Virus record (IMG/VR): IMGVR_UViG_3300048576_000515
Coordinates: 1 to 26,938 of that record
Length of the DNA: 26,938 nt
Direction: 5' to 3' (one strand)
Source: a virus
Taxonomy: Duplodnaviria; Caudoviricetes
Part shown: piece by piece, positions 15,901 through 24,970 of the stretch
Layout of the letters: each line of letters starts with the position of its first letter
Numbering within the stretch: position 1 is the stretch's first letter
Position numbers and translations under genes: made by a program
Notes under the pieces: generated by a model
What the model was told of the DNA's origin: nothing
Databases searched by the model: none
Seen by the model: only the letters and a program-made list of their open reading frames with translations

Positions 15901-18900
15901 AATCCTCGCCAAGGACATGCCGGAGGTCTTTTCCAATTCCTGGATTCGTCCTGGGCAGCGGCAAAGGCCCAGTGGGGCGATGAACTTGGGGTCCCGGCTA
16001 CCTCATCCAAAACCGATCCCCAGGCGAACTCTATCCTGGGGGCTGCCTACATCAAGTCGAACATGGCATCGTACCGGAAGGCGTTCGGAACTGACGCCTC
16101 GGCTGCCGATGTCTACGCCATGCACTTCTTGGGAGACTCGGGCGGGATAAATTTCCTCCGCGCATTGCGCGAGAACCCAAACCAGCCCGTCTCGAACATC
16201 GTTTCCAAGGCGGCCATCGCCAACAACCCGGAATACCTTGGCGGCGGGAAATCCGCCCAGGACGTATACTCCGTCCTGGATAAGGCAGTGGGCAAATACA
16301 AGCCTTATGCCGATGCCGCACGGGCTGATGTTGCACAGCAGGGGTTCTCGTCCGCCTACGGCGTCCCTGGCGAAGAAGCCTCCCGGGCCATGTCGTCGGC
16401 GGTTTCCTCCTACGGCGCGTTCGGCTGGTTCGGCTCCCTCGGCGCCCAATCGATCCTCTCCAAGATCGATACGCGCGGTGGCGTCTGGAAGGCCCTGACA
16501 GGCGAAGACGTCACCACCAACACGTGGAACTCCATCACGCAGACAATACCCCCGACAGGTATGCTCGGCACATTCCCCGTGACTTCTTCCGATCTTACGG
16601 CCAGCTACACTTTTGCCGGCCTTGATGGCGACGAAGCCTCCTCACAAATCCAGGCTCTGGTTTCCCAGGGCGTTTCCTTCCCCCAGGCGGTTTCCTTGGT
16701 CGCCACAGGAGCCGGCACCGGCTTTCACGGCATCGCCGCCATGCCGAAATTCACCACGGTCACGACACAGGCTGGGGCCGCTGCCGGCCAGTCCACGCTC
16801 CAGAGTGCAACCAATGTCTCCCCGCAGGCCCAGCAGCAAGGAAAATCAGGGTCCAGCTTTAGCGACCTCTTCAAGTCTGGCAACGGGGGATCATCCTGGA
16901 CTTCATCCTTAGACAAGTGGGGATACGAAAACCTCGGTATTGGCACGGAAACCCCAAATAGTTGGGTCCTCAATTCGGACCAAGCCGCAACCTACGACTA
17001 CTGGGTAGCAAATGGAGGTGATCCTGCAACATCGTGGGAGGCGGCCGCTAATCAGGGTGGATCGACGATAGGCGGGGGTCTTGGGAGCTACGCCTCTAGC
17101 GCCGTCTCCGGGGCCGGCATGGGCATGTCCGTCTCGTCTTTGGTCTACCCCAACGGAACGGGGACCGTGGGCGGGACCATCGGTGGAACCATTGGCGGCG
17201 TGATCGGCAACATGCTCCTTCCCGGCATCGGCGGCATTGTCGGCGGCTTGCTGGGTGGCGTGGTGGGGTCGCTGCTTGGAGGATCGGACACCAAAAAGAC
17301 CGAGAAGACCGGATCCGGTGCCTGGATAAACATGAGCCAGCCCGGCATCATCAACTCCATCGGGTTCGATCAATACCGCACCACGACATCCGGGTCGTTC
17401 GGCTCAGGCGGTACTACGCACACCACGAAATACAGCGTGGCCGATCCCGAGGTGGTGGCCAGCTTCCGTCAAGCGTTCGAGGACTATCAAAACAGCACAT
17501 TCCGGGGGCTGACCACGCTTGGCGTCTCCACCAAGTCGCTTTCCAGCTTCTCGGTCCCGGGATCGTTCCCGATCAATCAGCAATACGCGGGAGCCATCGG
17601 CAAGAACATCGCCAACCTGGAGGCTGAGGAAGTCCTTGAAGTTACCGGCATGAAGAGCGAATTCGACGCGGCAGCCAAAGCCGGAGAAGTCTACGTCGAC
17701 GAGATCAAGCGAATCGCCGAGGCCTACAACGCCGGTTCCGTGGCAGCCGACCGGGCCGGATCGAGCCTGTCCACCTTATCCGGGTCATTGTCCCAGGTCG
17801 CCCAGGGCAACTACTTCAGCCAGTTTTCGGACCTCGTGGGCAGTGTGGAAGCAGCCGTACAATCCCTCCAGAACTATTCCGACTACGGGATATCCAAAAC
17901 ACAGGCTTCCCAGCAGGCTTTGAACACCTACGCCATGGGGGCAGGTCGATCCATTGCCCAACTTGACGACAGTAGTGTCAATATAAGCAACTTTTGGAGT
18001 AAATACGGGGAGGCGCTTAGTTCTGACATCTCGGCTGCCGATCTCGCTTTGTGGGCCGATGCCTCCCAATGGGTCAAGGAATTCGATGACGCAATCACCT
18101 CTTCAGAACAGCTTTTGCAGACGCAAAACAGCACGGCCATCGCCAAAATTCAGGCGGCGGAAGAAGAATTCAACCTTACCTATGTTCTACCCATTCAGCA
18201 GTCCCAGGCCAGGAGAAATGCCAATGAGATTGAACCACTCCAGATTCAGGAAACCATAAACAACAACCAGATCAAGGTACTTCAAGACCAACTCGCCACA
18301 GCGCAATCGGTGAAAGTCATGATGAATGGACTTTATCAGTCCGTTCAGTCCGTATACGGCGCTTATAACTCACTTTTTAATTCGCTGACATCGACGATCC
18401 ACTCTATCACCTGGAGTTCCAGCCTATCGCCAAACACACCGACCCAGAATTTTGAACAACAGAAGTCATATTATGCTGAACTGTTATCTAAAGTCCAGGG
18501 CGAGGATACTTCAAGCATTTCCTATTCAGAGGATATAGGCAATCTCAATTCTTTCGCGCAGACATATTTGCAAACTGCGAAGAGCTACTATGGATCGTCA
18601 AGCGCCTACTATGCTATTTATGACAGCGTGACCGGGGAATTGTCCACTCTCAAAAGTTCTACGGAAAATGAACTAACGACGCTCCGTTCCCAACTCACCA
18701 CGCAAAATGATATCTCGAATACCGTCCAGCTTTCCGTGGATCAACTCGCCTTGGCCAACAACGCTCTGGATGAGCAATTAAATGAGTTGAATCTTCAGAC
18801 ATCCATGGAACAAATGCAGATCGACCAACTTGAATTGCAATTACAGGATGACCAGTTGCAAATTGCTCAATTGCAGTTGGTCAACAGCAATCTTTCCATC

Positions 18901-19416
18901 ATCCTCTCCGGCATGGAGGGCCTTGGGGAACAGACCCTGGCGGCCCTCTCGGCCCTGGGCGGGAACGCGGCCAACACCGTGTCCAGCATCAACAGCGCCA
19001 TTTCCGCCGCATCGTCGTCCCAGGCTTCGGCCGCCGCCACCCTGTCTTCGACATCGTCCAATACGGACCTGTCTTCCACGCAGGCGGCGATGATGATGAT
19101 GATGTTCGCGGCCATGGCCGGATATGCCACCGGCGGCGATCCCACGGCTGGGGAATGGGCCATGGTCGGCGAGAAAGGGCCTGAGCTGGTCCGATTCGGC
19201 TCCGATGCCCGGGTCTATAACGCCAGCGAGACTGCCAACATTCTGTCGGCGAAAAACAGTGGTGCCAGCAGCAAGGAAACCACTAATGCCGTGAACCGGA
19301 ATACCCAGGTCACAGCGGCGTTCCTTGGGTCACTTAAGGATTCCGTGGACAGCCTGACGCAGGAAAACAAGCGCATGCGGGCTGCCTTGGAGCGGCTGGT
19401 GAGCAGGGTGAACTGA
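12982..19416 (+). CDS. Tape measure protein with internal lytic transglycosylase-like domain
   Basis: 2144 aa, Ala/Gln-rich and helical; IAGAESGF...GGLFQF...GAAYI...YAMHFLG domain (about 15808-16284); glycine zipper; C-terminal GYATGG...VGEKGPELV motif. Confidence 0.92.
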   Translation: MPGYRIDIETAGARSNTDALRQSIDALAGQTKKSAEQLAAWNARMAERDAISGATSAIDAYRQSVENLARAQGASEKEAKALGERAVQNAAQLRDASSSTNILSNSFASLATKITAVAGAYISLRSASEFLSESTTLAARYDTLGVVVHTVGANAGYATTYVDGLTASLQQQGITMNASRQAVTQMIQGHMDLANATKLSRAAQDAAVIGGVNSSEAFQRMTTAIQTAQPEMLRTLGINVNFDVSYQKLAATLHTTTEALTENEKMQARANATMEATKTIAGAYEAAMGTAGKQALSLERYWEDFKVSLGQGMQPGYSALIEGATSAIKELTVTVKDPSFQESMRQWGESLGTVAKHMAEIAKYSGVRSQVGTLNEGKRLYQQGAVDEKWWKEFTRGELFDFSGENSWNNPKEALHRQQMVDAAKAGTERDRKQWLIDNWGYLPAQGGGDRPSAIKEDEIKKLYEGDRSARILDLQNFMSPYLERNKGFQSTADQLTYATDTWQGERGKFEKAASLAKETGDVQTLANAERGWAEADQKLIQTRNQLIKADDDVRRSIESMGASVRAEWADLSGDKYTGASIKSFQAMGDELAQLRDRMAGYKGENKDALESSGRMWISEKQKIAEARTELEKWKDTLSTTSALLADLGRLTGNPEASYQGAMLGLKGQYKEASDQAKALGIPQDLVDQTYILKARDAWQQAYKNLGTINGSVFDNQRAMLAQEVEAYRKQGTDITALRVYAAQRSEEIAQQELQSKQAYATSFTDFLRGQVALDAGLYHGEHSRQLTEWQDYYSDLKNYATGFSDTLKSGIVDGLEGIFEGKNPEEAFKNMLAGMRRQFLQFIVDLAFDWAKHNFFKPMLDQVSGASPGATANKTIEGATRGLANTSPQAPSSQASLSYFQQGVPSFATDNILQRYNDVGLGLPRGTTIEKPLSGWSANKGYIESAAKQLGVDPGVMAQIAGAESGFKASEINPRQGHAGGLFQFLDSSWAAAKAQWGDELGVPATSSKTDPQANSILGAAYIKSNMASYRKAFGTDASAADVYAMHFLGDSGGINFLRALRENPNQPVSNIVSKAAIANNPEYLGGGKSAQDVYSVLDKAVGKYKPYADAARADVAQQGFSSAYGVPGEEASRAMSSAVSSYGAFGWFGSLGAQSILSKIDTRGGVWKALTGEDVTTNTWNSITQTIPPTGMLGTFPVTSSDLTASYTFAGLDGDEASSQIQALVSQGVSFPQAVSLVATGAGTGFHGIAAMPKFTTVTTQAGAAAGQSTLQSATNVSPQAQQQGKSGSSFSDLFKSGNGGSSWTSSLDKWGYENLGIGTETPNSWVLNSDQAATYDYWVANGGDPATSWEAAANQGGSTIGGGLGSYASSAVSGAGMGMSVSSLVYPNGTGTVGGTIGGTIGGVIGNMLLPGIGGIVGGLLGGVVGSLLGGSDTKKTEKTGSGAWINMSQPGIINSIGFDQYRTTTSGSFGSGGTTHTTKYSVADPEVVASFRQAFEDYQNSTFRGLTTLGVSTKSLSSFSVPGSFPINQQYAGAIGKNIANLEAEEVLEVTGMKSEFDAAAKAGEVYVDEIKRIAEAYNAGSVAADRAGSSLSTLSGSLSQVAQGNYFSQFSDLVGSVEAAVQSLQNYSDYGISKTQASQQALNTYAMGAGRSIAQLDDSSVNISNFWSKYGEALSSDISAADLALWADASQWVKEFDDAITSSEQLLQTQNSTAIAKIQAAEEEFNLTYVLPIQQSQARRNANEIEPLQIQETINNNQIKVLQDQLATAQSVKVMMNGLYQSVQSVYGAYNSLFNSLTSTIHSITWSSSLSPNTPTQNFEQQKSYYAELLSKVQGEDTSSISYSEDIGNLNSFAQTYLQTAKSYYGSSSAYYAIYDSVTGELSTLKSSTENELTTLRSQLTTQNDISNTVQLSVDQLALANNALDEQLNELNLQTSMEQMQIDQLELQLQDDQLQIAQLQLVNSNLSIILSGMEGLGEQTLAALSALGGNAANTVSSINSAISAASSSQASAAATLSSTSSNTDLSSTQAAMMMMMFAAMAGYATGGDPTAGEWAMVGEKGPELVRFGSDARVYNASETANILSAKNSGASSKETTNAVNRNTQVTAAFLGSLKDSVDSLTQENKRMRAALERLVSRVN

Positions 19417-19418
19417 TC

Positions 19419-21674
19419 ATGGGCGTGCCTGTCTACCTGATGGAAATGACTTACCTCGATCCGTCGACGCTTCAGACGGCCACTCTCCGTTTTTCATCCG
19501 GAGGTGGAGGGTATTGCACCAGGCCAACGGACGATCCGCCCAGCACCTACTATGAACCCAGGATCAGCATCCCCAACAATTGGCAGGCTGCCGTTTTCAA
19601 GGACGGTCTCACTGGAGGCGGGGCAGACGGCGGTTTGGGAACGGCACAACTCATCAACAACGATGGGCACTTTGATCAGTTCATGTCCATGGCGTGGGAC
19701 GGCCAGCCCCTGCGGTTGCTCTATGGAGATAACGAATCCCCATACACTTCGTTTGATTTGCTTCTCACTGGAACAATGTGCCAGCCAGAATTCAACTGGC
19801 ACTATATGAACGTGAAAGTCCGCGACTACAGCCTGTTACTGAGCAAGGCCTTGAGTCAGTTCGTCTACCTCGGAAACAATGTCGTCGGGGTCGGCGTCGA
19901 AGGGACAACAGATGACCTCCTTGGCAAGACCAAGCCGCTCTGTTTCGGCCACTGCCTCAATGTCACACCGGCCCTGGTCAGCGCCTCGGCCATCATTTTT
20001 CAGGTCCACAACGGCCCGATCAAAGCCGTGGAGACCGTGTACATCGATGGAATCGGGCTCCCCCTCGACACGGGCAACGGGGGCAACGGAGAGGGTGGAC
20101 CGGGAGACTTCGCCACCCATGCCAGCCTGGCCGCATCCACCATTGCCGAAGGGAAGTTCCAGACTTGCCTGGCCGAAGGCATGTTCAAGGTCTACGGCTC
20201 GGTCTCGAGCGGGATCACGGCCGACGTCCTTGGCTGCAACCACGGGGGCTCATGCCCGACAACGGCCTACGGCATCATTCGCCGGATCGTGGAGCACTAT
20301 ATCCAGCGGCCGCGTACCAACCTCCTCTATCCGAGCGAGGACTTCACGGACGCTTCTTGGGCTACCACGGGCCTACTCAAAGGTTCGGCCGCCTCCACGG
20401 CCCCAAAGCCTGGCATGGGGGCCATCCTGCTCCTCGAGGATGCTTCCTCCGGGCCCCACTCGTTGTCCAAAACCATGGACAATGCCACGGGCATGTATTG
20501 CTTCTCGATCATGGTCCTTCCGCTCGGCCGCTCCCTGGCCAGGCTCAAGCTCCAGAACCCGGCCGCCACCGAAAATAACTGTCTGGTGGATTTCGACCTG
20601 GTCACCGGGGCCGTACTGCTCAAGCAGTCAAACGGCCAGGCCGTTGGGCCGCAATACACGGCCACCGGCTTCATCACCGACGGCGGCGTGATCCAGGAAC
20701 AAAACGGATGGCTGCGGTTGTGGATCGCCGGTCAGCCCGACGAAAGCTTTTCCCAGATCAAGGGCTTGCTTCTCCCCTTGTCCGGGACACCAACAAGCTA
20801 CGTCGAGAGCTACCCGGGGAACGGAGGACCGGCCCTTGGCGTCTCCGGTGCCCAGCTCGAGGCCTACTCCTCCCCTGCCACCTATACCGGCCCAACCTTC
20901 AGCGGCCCGCTGACAGGGTACGACCCGATTCTCGGAATATCCATCAACGAGGCCTCTTTCTCGGCCCTGGCCGCCCTCGGAACCGCTGACGCGGAAGTCG
21001 GATATTCCCTGCCGGCCGGAGACACCTCCACGTCCTCCGACGTCATGAACGCCTTGGCTGCCTCCGTGGGCTGCTTCTGGGCTTTTGATCGAACGGGTGA
21101 GCTACGGATCGGACAATTTGCCAAACCATCGCCAGGCGCGACCCCGGTTGCCAGGTTCACCAAAGATGTCCCCGCGTTCCCGTCCAATATCATCGACGAC
21201 TCCTTCGACCGGTATATCCCTTATAACGCCGGGAATGGAACAATTGCCTTCAGAATTGTTATGAACTGTATAAAAAACTGGACGGTGCTGAATAAATCAA
21301 GCGTCGCCACTTCATTGTGGACAAGCAACCCAACTTGGGTTTGTTGGCTTGGGAAAGAATGGCGAGAAATGTACGCTGAAGACTTGAACACATTGGCGGC
21401 ACATCCGCTTGCTTGCGTCATAAATGTCACATCGTACATTGTAAAACAAATTGATGCACTTGATGAATGTAAAAGAATTCTTGCTCTCTATGGAAAGACA
21501 CTGGGTAGATTCAACTTCAAGGCAACTATTAAAGACGTTGCCATGATTAATATTGGAGATATTGTTTTCATTCAAATGCCTCGTTTTGATCTCTCGTCTG
21601 GACGAAATTTTATCGTTGTCGGGATCACGGAGCTTCACGAAATGAACGAGGCGACATTGGAGGTACTCGGCTGA
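19419..21674 (+). CDS. Tail tip/hub protein with an inserted carbohydrate-binding-like domain
   Basis: Follows the TMP; GKTKPLCFGHCLNVTP motif; C-terminal IGDIV...PRFDL..G..F.VVG; insert RTNLLYPSEDF...GWLRLW...GAQLEA. Confidence 0.75.
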   Translation: MGVPVYLMEMTYLDPSTLQTATLRFSSGGGGYCTRPTDDPPSTYYEPRISIPNNWQAAVFKDGLTGGGADGGLGTAQLINNDGHFDQFMSMAWDGQPLRLLYGDNESPYTSFDLLLTGTMCQPEFNWHYMNVKVRDYSLLLSKALSQFVYLGNNVVGVGVEGTTDDLLGKTKPLCFGHCLNVTPALVSASAIIFQVHNGPIKAVETVYIDGIGLPLDTGNGGNGEGGPGDFATHASLAASTIAEGKFQTCLAEGMFKVYGSVSSGITADVLGCNHGGSCPTTAYGIIRRIVEHYIQRPRTNLLYPSEDFTDASWATTGLLKGSAASTAPKPGMGAILLLEDASSGPHSLSKTMDNATGMYCFSIMVLPLGRSLARLKLQNPAATENNCLVDFDLVTGAVLLKQSNGQAVGPQYTATGFITDGGVIQEQNGWLRLWIAGQPDESFSQIKGLLLPLSGTPTSYVESYPGNGGPALGVSGAQLEAYSSPATYTGPTFSGPLTGYDPILGISINEASFSALAALGTADAEVGYSLPAGDTSTSSDVMNALAASVGCFWAFDRTGELRIGQFAKPSPGATPVARFTKDVPAFPSNIIDDSFDRYIPYNAGNGTIAFRIVMNCIKNWTVLNKSSVATSLWTSNPTWVCWLGKEWREMYAEDLNTLAAHPLACVINVTSYIVKQIDALDECKRILALYGKTLGRFNFKATIKDVAMINIGDIVFIQMPRFDLSSGRNFIVVGITELHEMNEATLEVLG

Positions 21675-22585
21675 TGGCAAAGTGCATGATCTGCCACCCG
21701 AACTACGCCGATAGTGCCACTATTACGGGATCCCCTTGGACCGACACCTTGCCGGTGACCAATATACAAACACCATACATCCGGCAGATGGCACGCACCA
21801 CGGGAGTCGCGCTCATGGACCCGACCCCGGCGCTCCCGGATGGCGGCCAGGCAAGCGCGGTCATCAATATCGATTTTGGCCGGCTTCGCTATCTCACGGC
21901 CGTGTCCCTGACCAATCACAACCTCTCCCGGGGGGCTATGGTCCGCCTCGTGCTTTGGTCTGATGCCACCAGAAGCACGGTCAAATATGACTTCGGATGG
22001 CAACCGGTCTGGCCCCGGTGGTTCGACACCATGCAGCTGCGCTGGGCTGATTCTAACTTTTGGTACGGCCAAATTACCGACGAGCTTATCAAAACATACC
22101 CGAAGATTTTTTTGCAGATGCTCAATACCGGCGGGGCTGTCGCCAACGCAACAAGTGTTAGATACGCCAGTATTTACCTGGAAGATACGGAAAATATCAA
22201 TGGGTACATAGATATTGGCCGCCTCTTTGCCGCTGAGGACTGGACACCCAAGAACAATATGCTCTATGGAGCCGGCATTCAATGGGTTGACCCTTCGGTA
22301 ATCAATAAATCCCTTGACGGTACAAAATATATGGAAAAAAGAACAAAATACCGTCAAGTAATCTTTCAGCTCAAATACATGAAGCCAATAGAGGGCGTCA
22401 ATAAAGCCCTTTTGCTAACACAGCAAGCTGGTATCACGGGTGAGGTTTTATATATCTTCGATCCTTCCGACTTACAACTCATGCAACAACGCTCATTTGT
22501 CGGAACTTTATCCGAACTGAGCCCGCTTGAATGGTGGATGTTCGGCCGAACATCCATGGCATTCAAAATTGAGGAGGCTGTCTAA
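21674..22585 (+). CDS. Tail tip protein (distal-tail-like)
   Basis: Coupled stop/start overlaps on both sides; LTNHNLS, GYIDIGRLF...WTP..N..YG and D.S....SLDG motifs. Confidence 0.65.
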   Translation: MAKCMICHPNYADSATITGSPWTDTLPVTNIQTPYIRQMARTTGVALMDPTPALPDGGQASAVINIDFGRLRYLTAVSLTNHNLSRGAMVRLVLWSDATRSTVKYDFGWQPVWPRWFDTMQLRWADSNFWYGQITDELIKTYPKIFLQMLNTGGAVANATSVRYASIYLEDTENINGYIDIGRLFAAEDWTPKNNMLYGAGIQWVDPSVINKSLDGTKYMEKRTKYRQVIFQLKYMKPIEGVNKALLLTQQAGITGEVLYIFDPSDLQLMQQRSFVGTLSELSPLEWWMFGRTSMAFKIEEAV

Positions 22586-24264
22586 TGGCATTCCCTGGGA
22601 CCCCCTTAACCCGTCTTTCAGGCTACTACAATGACGGGGATTACGACCCGTCATTGAACCCCGGCGGCCTTAACAACAACGGGCATGCCGTGAACTTGAT
22701 GCAGCTCTTAAGCGACGTCGCCTTTGTTTCGGCGGCGGTGCAGCAACAGGCTGCCATTGTCTCCACCTATCTGGCTGGAACCACGGGGTGGACGCAAGAG
22801 CCTGGCGGCATCGCGCGGATCTCCGCTACGGAATTCACCGTTTCCGGCGGGAACAAAACGAACATCTACACCAAGGGCCGGGCCCTTTCCGTCATCCAGA
22901 CCGCGAGCGGGACCGGCTATGTCGCCGGCAGCTCCTTCGATTCGGGAGCAGGCTTAACCGTGGTCACGGTCTTTGACTTGACCCTGGACTCCGGCCTGCT
23001 CCAGGTCTTTTTCGGACAGGACACGACGAACAGCCCTAAGCAGGAAGATGTCTGGGCACCCTTTGGCGGGGCGGTTACCTTCGTCTCTGCAACGCAGTTC
23101 ACGGCCCAGGGCGACTTGACCAGCCTGCTTGCCGCCGGCGTGCGTATCAAGGCGAATTGCGGCCAGGATGGCACCCGGTATGGGACCGTCTCGTCGGCAA
23201 ATTTCTCGAGTGCGACCGGATTGACTACCGTGGCCGTAGCGCTCGACTCCGGGGAGATTACCGCCAACCTGGCGGCAGCCTACCGGGGAGCGTCCTCGAG
23301 GTCGTCCGCAGCCATTCACGGCCACTCCGGTCCGGGAGACGGGGGCCTAGTCAGCCACCTTGACCTGGGCGACATCGGAGAAATCTCCCACGCCGCGCTC
23401 GACGCCTTTTTAGCCAGCAAAGGGCAGGCGGGCGGCCTTGCCTCCCTTGACGAAACGGGCCGAACCCCCTCCTCCCAGGTTGGCAGTCATGCGGCACGGC
23501 ATGCCGCCGAAGGTGAAGACGAGGTTTCTCCCGAGGCCATCGGAGCCGCCAACGCCATCCACGCGGCCCAGCACGCATCCGGTGGCGACGATCCCGTGAC
23601 CCCGGCCGCTATTGGCGCGGCCCACGACGGGCGGCTGGTCAAATCCGTGGCCGGCGGCTCGGCTGTTACGCTGACGTCGGCCGACGTTGCCCATGGGGTG
23701 ATCGAGTTCACAGGGGCTCTGACGGCCAATATTGACGTAACATTTCCAGCCGTCTCCCGGGCCTGGATTGCGGTCAACAACACGACAGGCGATCACTCTC
23801 TTACCTGCAAGGTGTCGGGCGGCACAGGGGTGGTGTTGGAGCGGGGCGGAATGGTAAAAACCATTCTGGCATACAATGGCACTGACATCGTTCAATCTAT
23901 TGATCAGCCGAAAATCGCAATAGGATCGTTTTCCAGGAACCTCGGCGCGACCTCCGGGTCCCAGAATATCACGGGCGTCGGCTTCCGGCCGCGAGAGGTG
24001 GAGTTTTTCGGCGCCGTGACAGGGACAATCGCGGCATCATGGGGATTTGACAACGGATCATCCCACTACAGTATCGGGCAATATGCCTCGGGCGGCTTGT
24101 TTTCTCAAACGAACGCCGAGTCGATCATCCTTTTTCAGGATGACTCCAACAGGCAGTTTGGCCACATCTCATCCATGGATGCCGACGGTTTTACTATGGC
24201 CTGGACGTTGACCGGCGCCCCTGCCTCGGCGACCGCCAATATCTATTACAAAGCCAAGGGGTAG
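22585..24264 (+). CDS. Tail fibre / receptor-binding protein
   Basis: 559 aa, Gly/Ser/Thr-rich; duplicated SATxFT..G module; His repeats; IEFTGALTANIDVTFP...NNTTG module; C-terminal ITGVGFRP domain. Confidence 0.8.
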   Translation: MAFPGTPLTRLSGYYNDGDYDPSLNPGGLNNNGHAVNLMQLLSDVAFVSAAVQQQAAIVSTYLAGTTGWTQEPGGIARISATEFTVSGGNKTNIYTKGRALSVIQTASGTGYVAGSSFDSGAGLTVVTVFDLTLDSGLLQVFFGQDTTNSPKQEDVWAPFGGAVTFVSATQFTAQGDLTSLLAAGVRIKANCGQDGTRYGTVSSANFSSATGLTTVAVALDSGEITANLAAAYRGASSRSSAAIHGHSGPGDGGLVSHLDLGDIGEISHAALDAFLASKGQAGGLASLDETGRTPSSQVGSHAARHAAEGEDEVSPEAIGAANAIHAAQHASGGDDPVTPAAIGAAHDGRLVKSVAGGSAVTLTSADVAHGVIEFTGALTANIDVTFPAVSRAWIAVNNTTGDHSLTCKVSGGTGVVLERGGMVKTILAYNGTDIVQSIDQPKIAIGSFSRNLGATSGSQNITGVGFRPREVEFFGAVTGTIAASWGFDNGSSHYSIGQYASGGLFSQTNAESIILFQDDSNRQFGHISSMDADGFTMAWTLTGAPASATANIYYKAKG

Positions 24265-24269
24265 CAACC

Positions 24270-24818
24270 ATGCGCGTTTGCATTGAAACATCCACGGGCA
24301 AACTCATCGAGGCCCAATCCGGCGACCAGGCTCCCCTGGACACGCTTTTGGCCAACGCCCTGGCCGCCGGGTACGCGGCCGAGGCCGTCGAGGTCAAGGT
24401 GGTCGACGAGGAGACGTATCAGGCCCTACTCACCCCCTCCCCCGCTCTGGACGAGGCGAAAAAGGCCGCCTGCGCCCGTATCGATGCCCGGGCCGAGGCC
24501 TTGCGCCTGACGGTGCTGACGCCCGGCTCCGGCCAGATGTCCGCCTATCTGGCCAAGGAGGCCCAGGCCACGGCCTATCTCCAGGATGCCGACCCCACCG
24601 AGGCGGAATACCCCGACCTCTATAACGAGGTGGGCATTACGGCAGACACGGTCCACGATGTGGCCATGGCCGTGCTGGCGGCGGCCGAGACGTGGCGCAT
24701 CTTCGGCCGGGCGATCGAAAGGGCCCGTCTGTCCGGAAAAAAGGCGGTCCGGGAGGCCATTGACCTGGCCGGCGTGGCCGCTGCCGAGGCGGGGGTGGTA
24801 TGGCCGACCGAGGGATAA
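24270..24818 (+). CDS. Tail fibre assembly/chaperone-like protein
   Basis: Follows the fibre; AKKAACARIDARAEALR...PGSGQMSAYLAKEAQA...YP.L..EVG pattern. Confidence 0.7.
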   Translation: MRVCIETSTGKLIEAQSGDQAPLDTLLANALAAGYAAEAVEVKVVDEETYQALLTPSPALDEAKKAACARIDARAEALRLTVLTPGSGQMSAYLAKEAQATAYLQDADPTEAEYPDLYNEVGITADTVHDVAMAVLAAAETWRIFGRAIERARLSGKKAVREAIDLAGVAAAEAGVVWPTEG

Positions 24819-24970
24819 AATCGATCCGAGACCCCGCTCGCGTCCTTTGGCTGACAGTCTGGACGATTCGGCAACTTGTGGCGGCTATAAGGCGGCGTGA
24901 CTACAAGACGAAAAGTTTTCATCATATCCTGACAATCGCCGTGAGTCGGGCGAAAAGGGCGGTGCTGTAG

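Noticed and set aside
19090-19104. (ATG)5 run in the TMP gene as a phase-variable repeat
   Set aside because: Triplet unit keeps the frame; it simply encodes a Met-rich hydrophobic patch.
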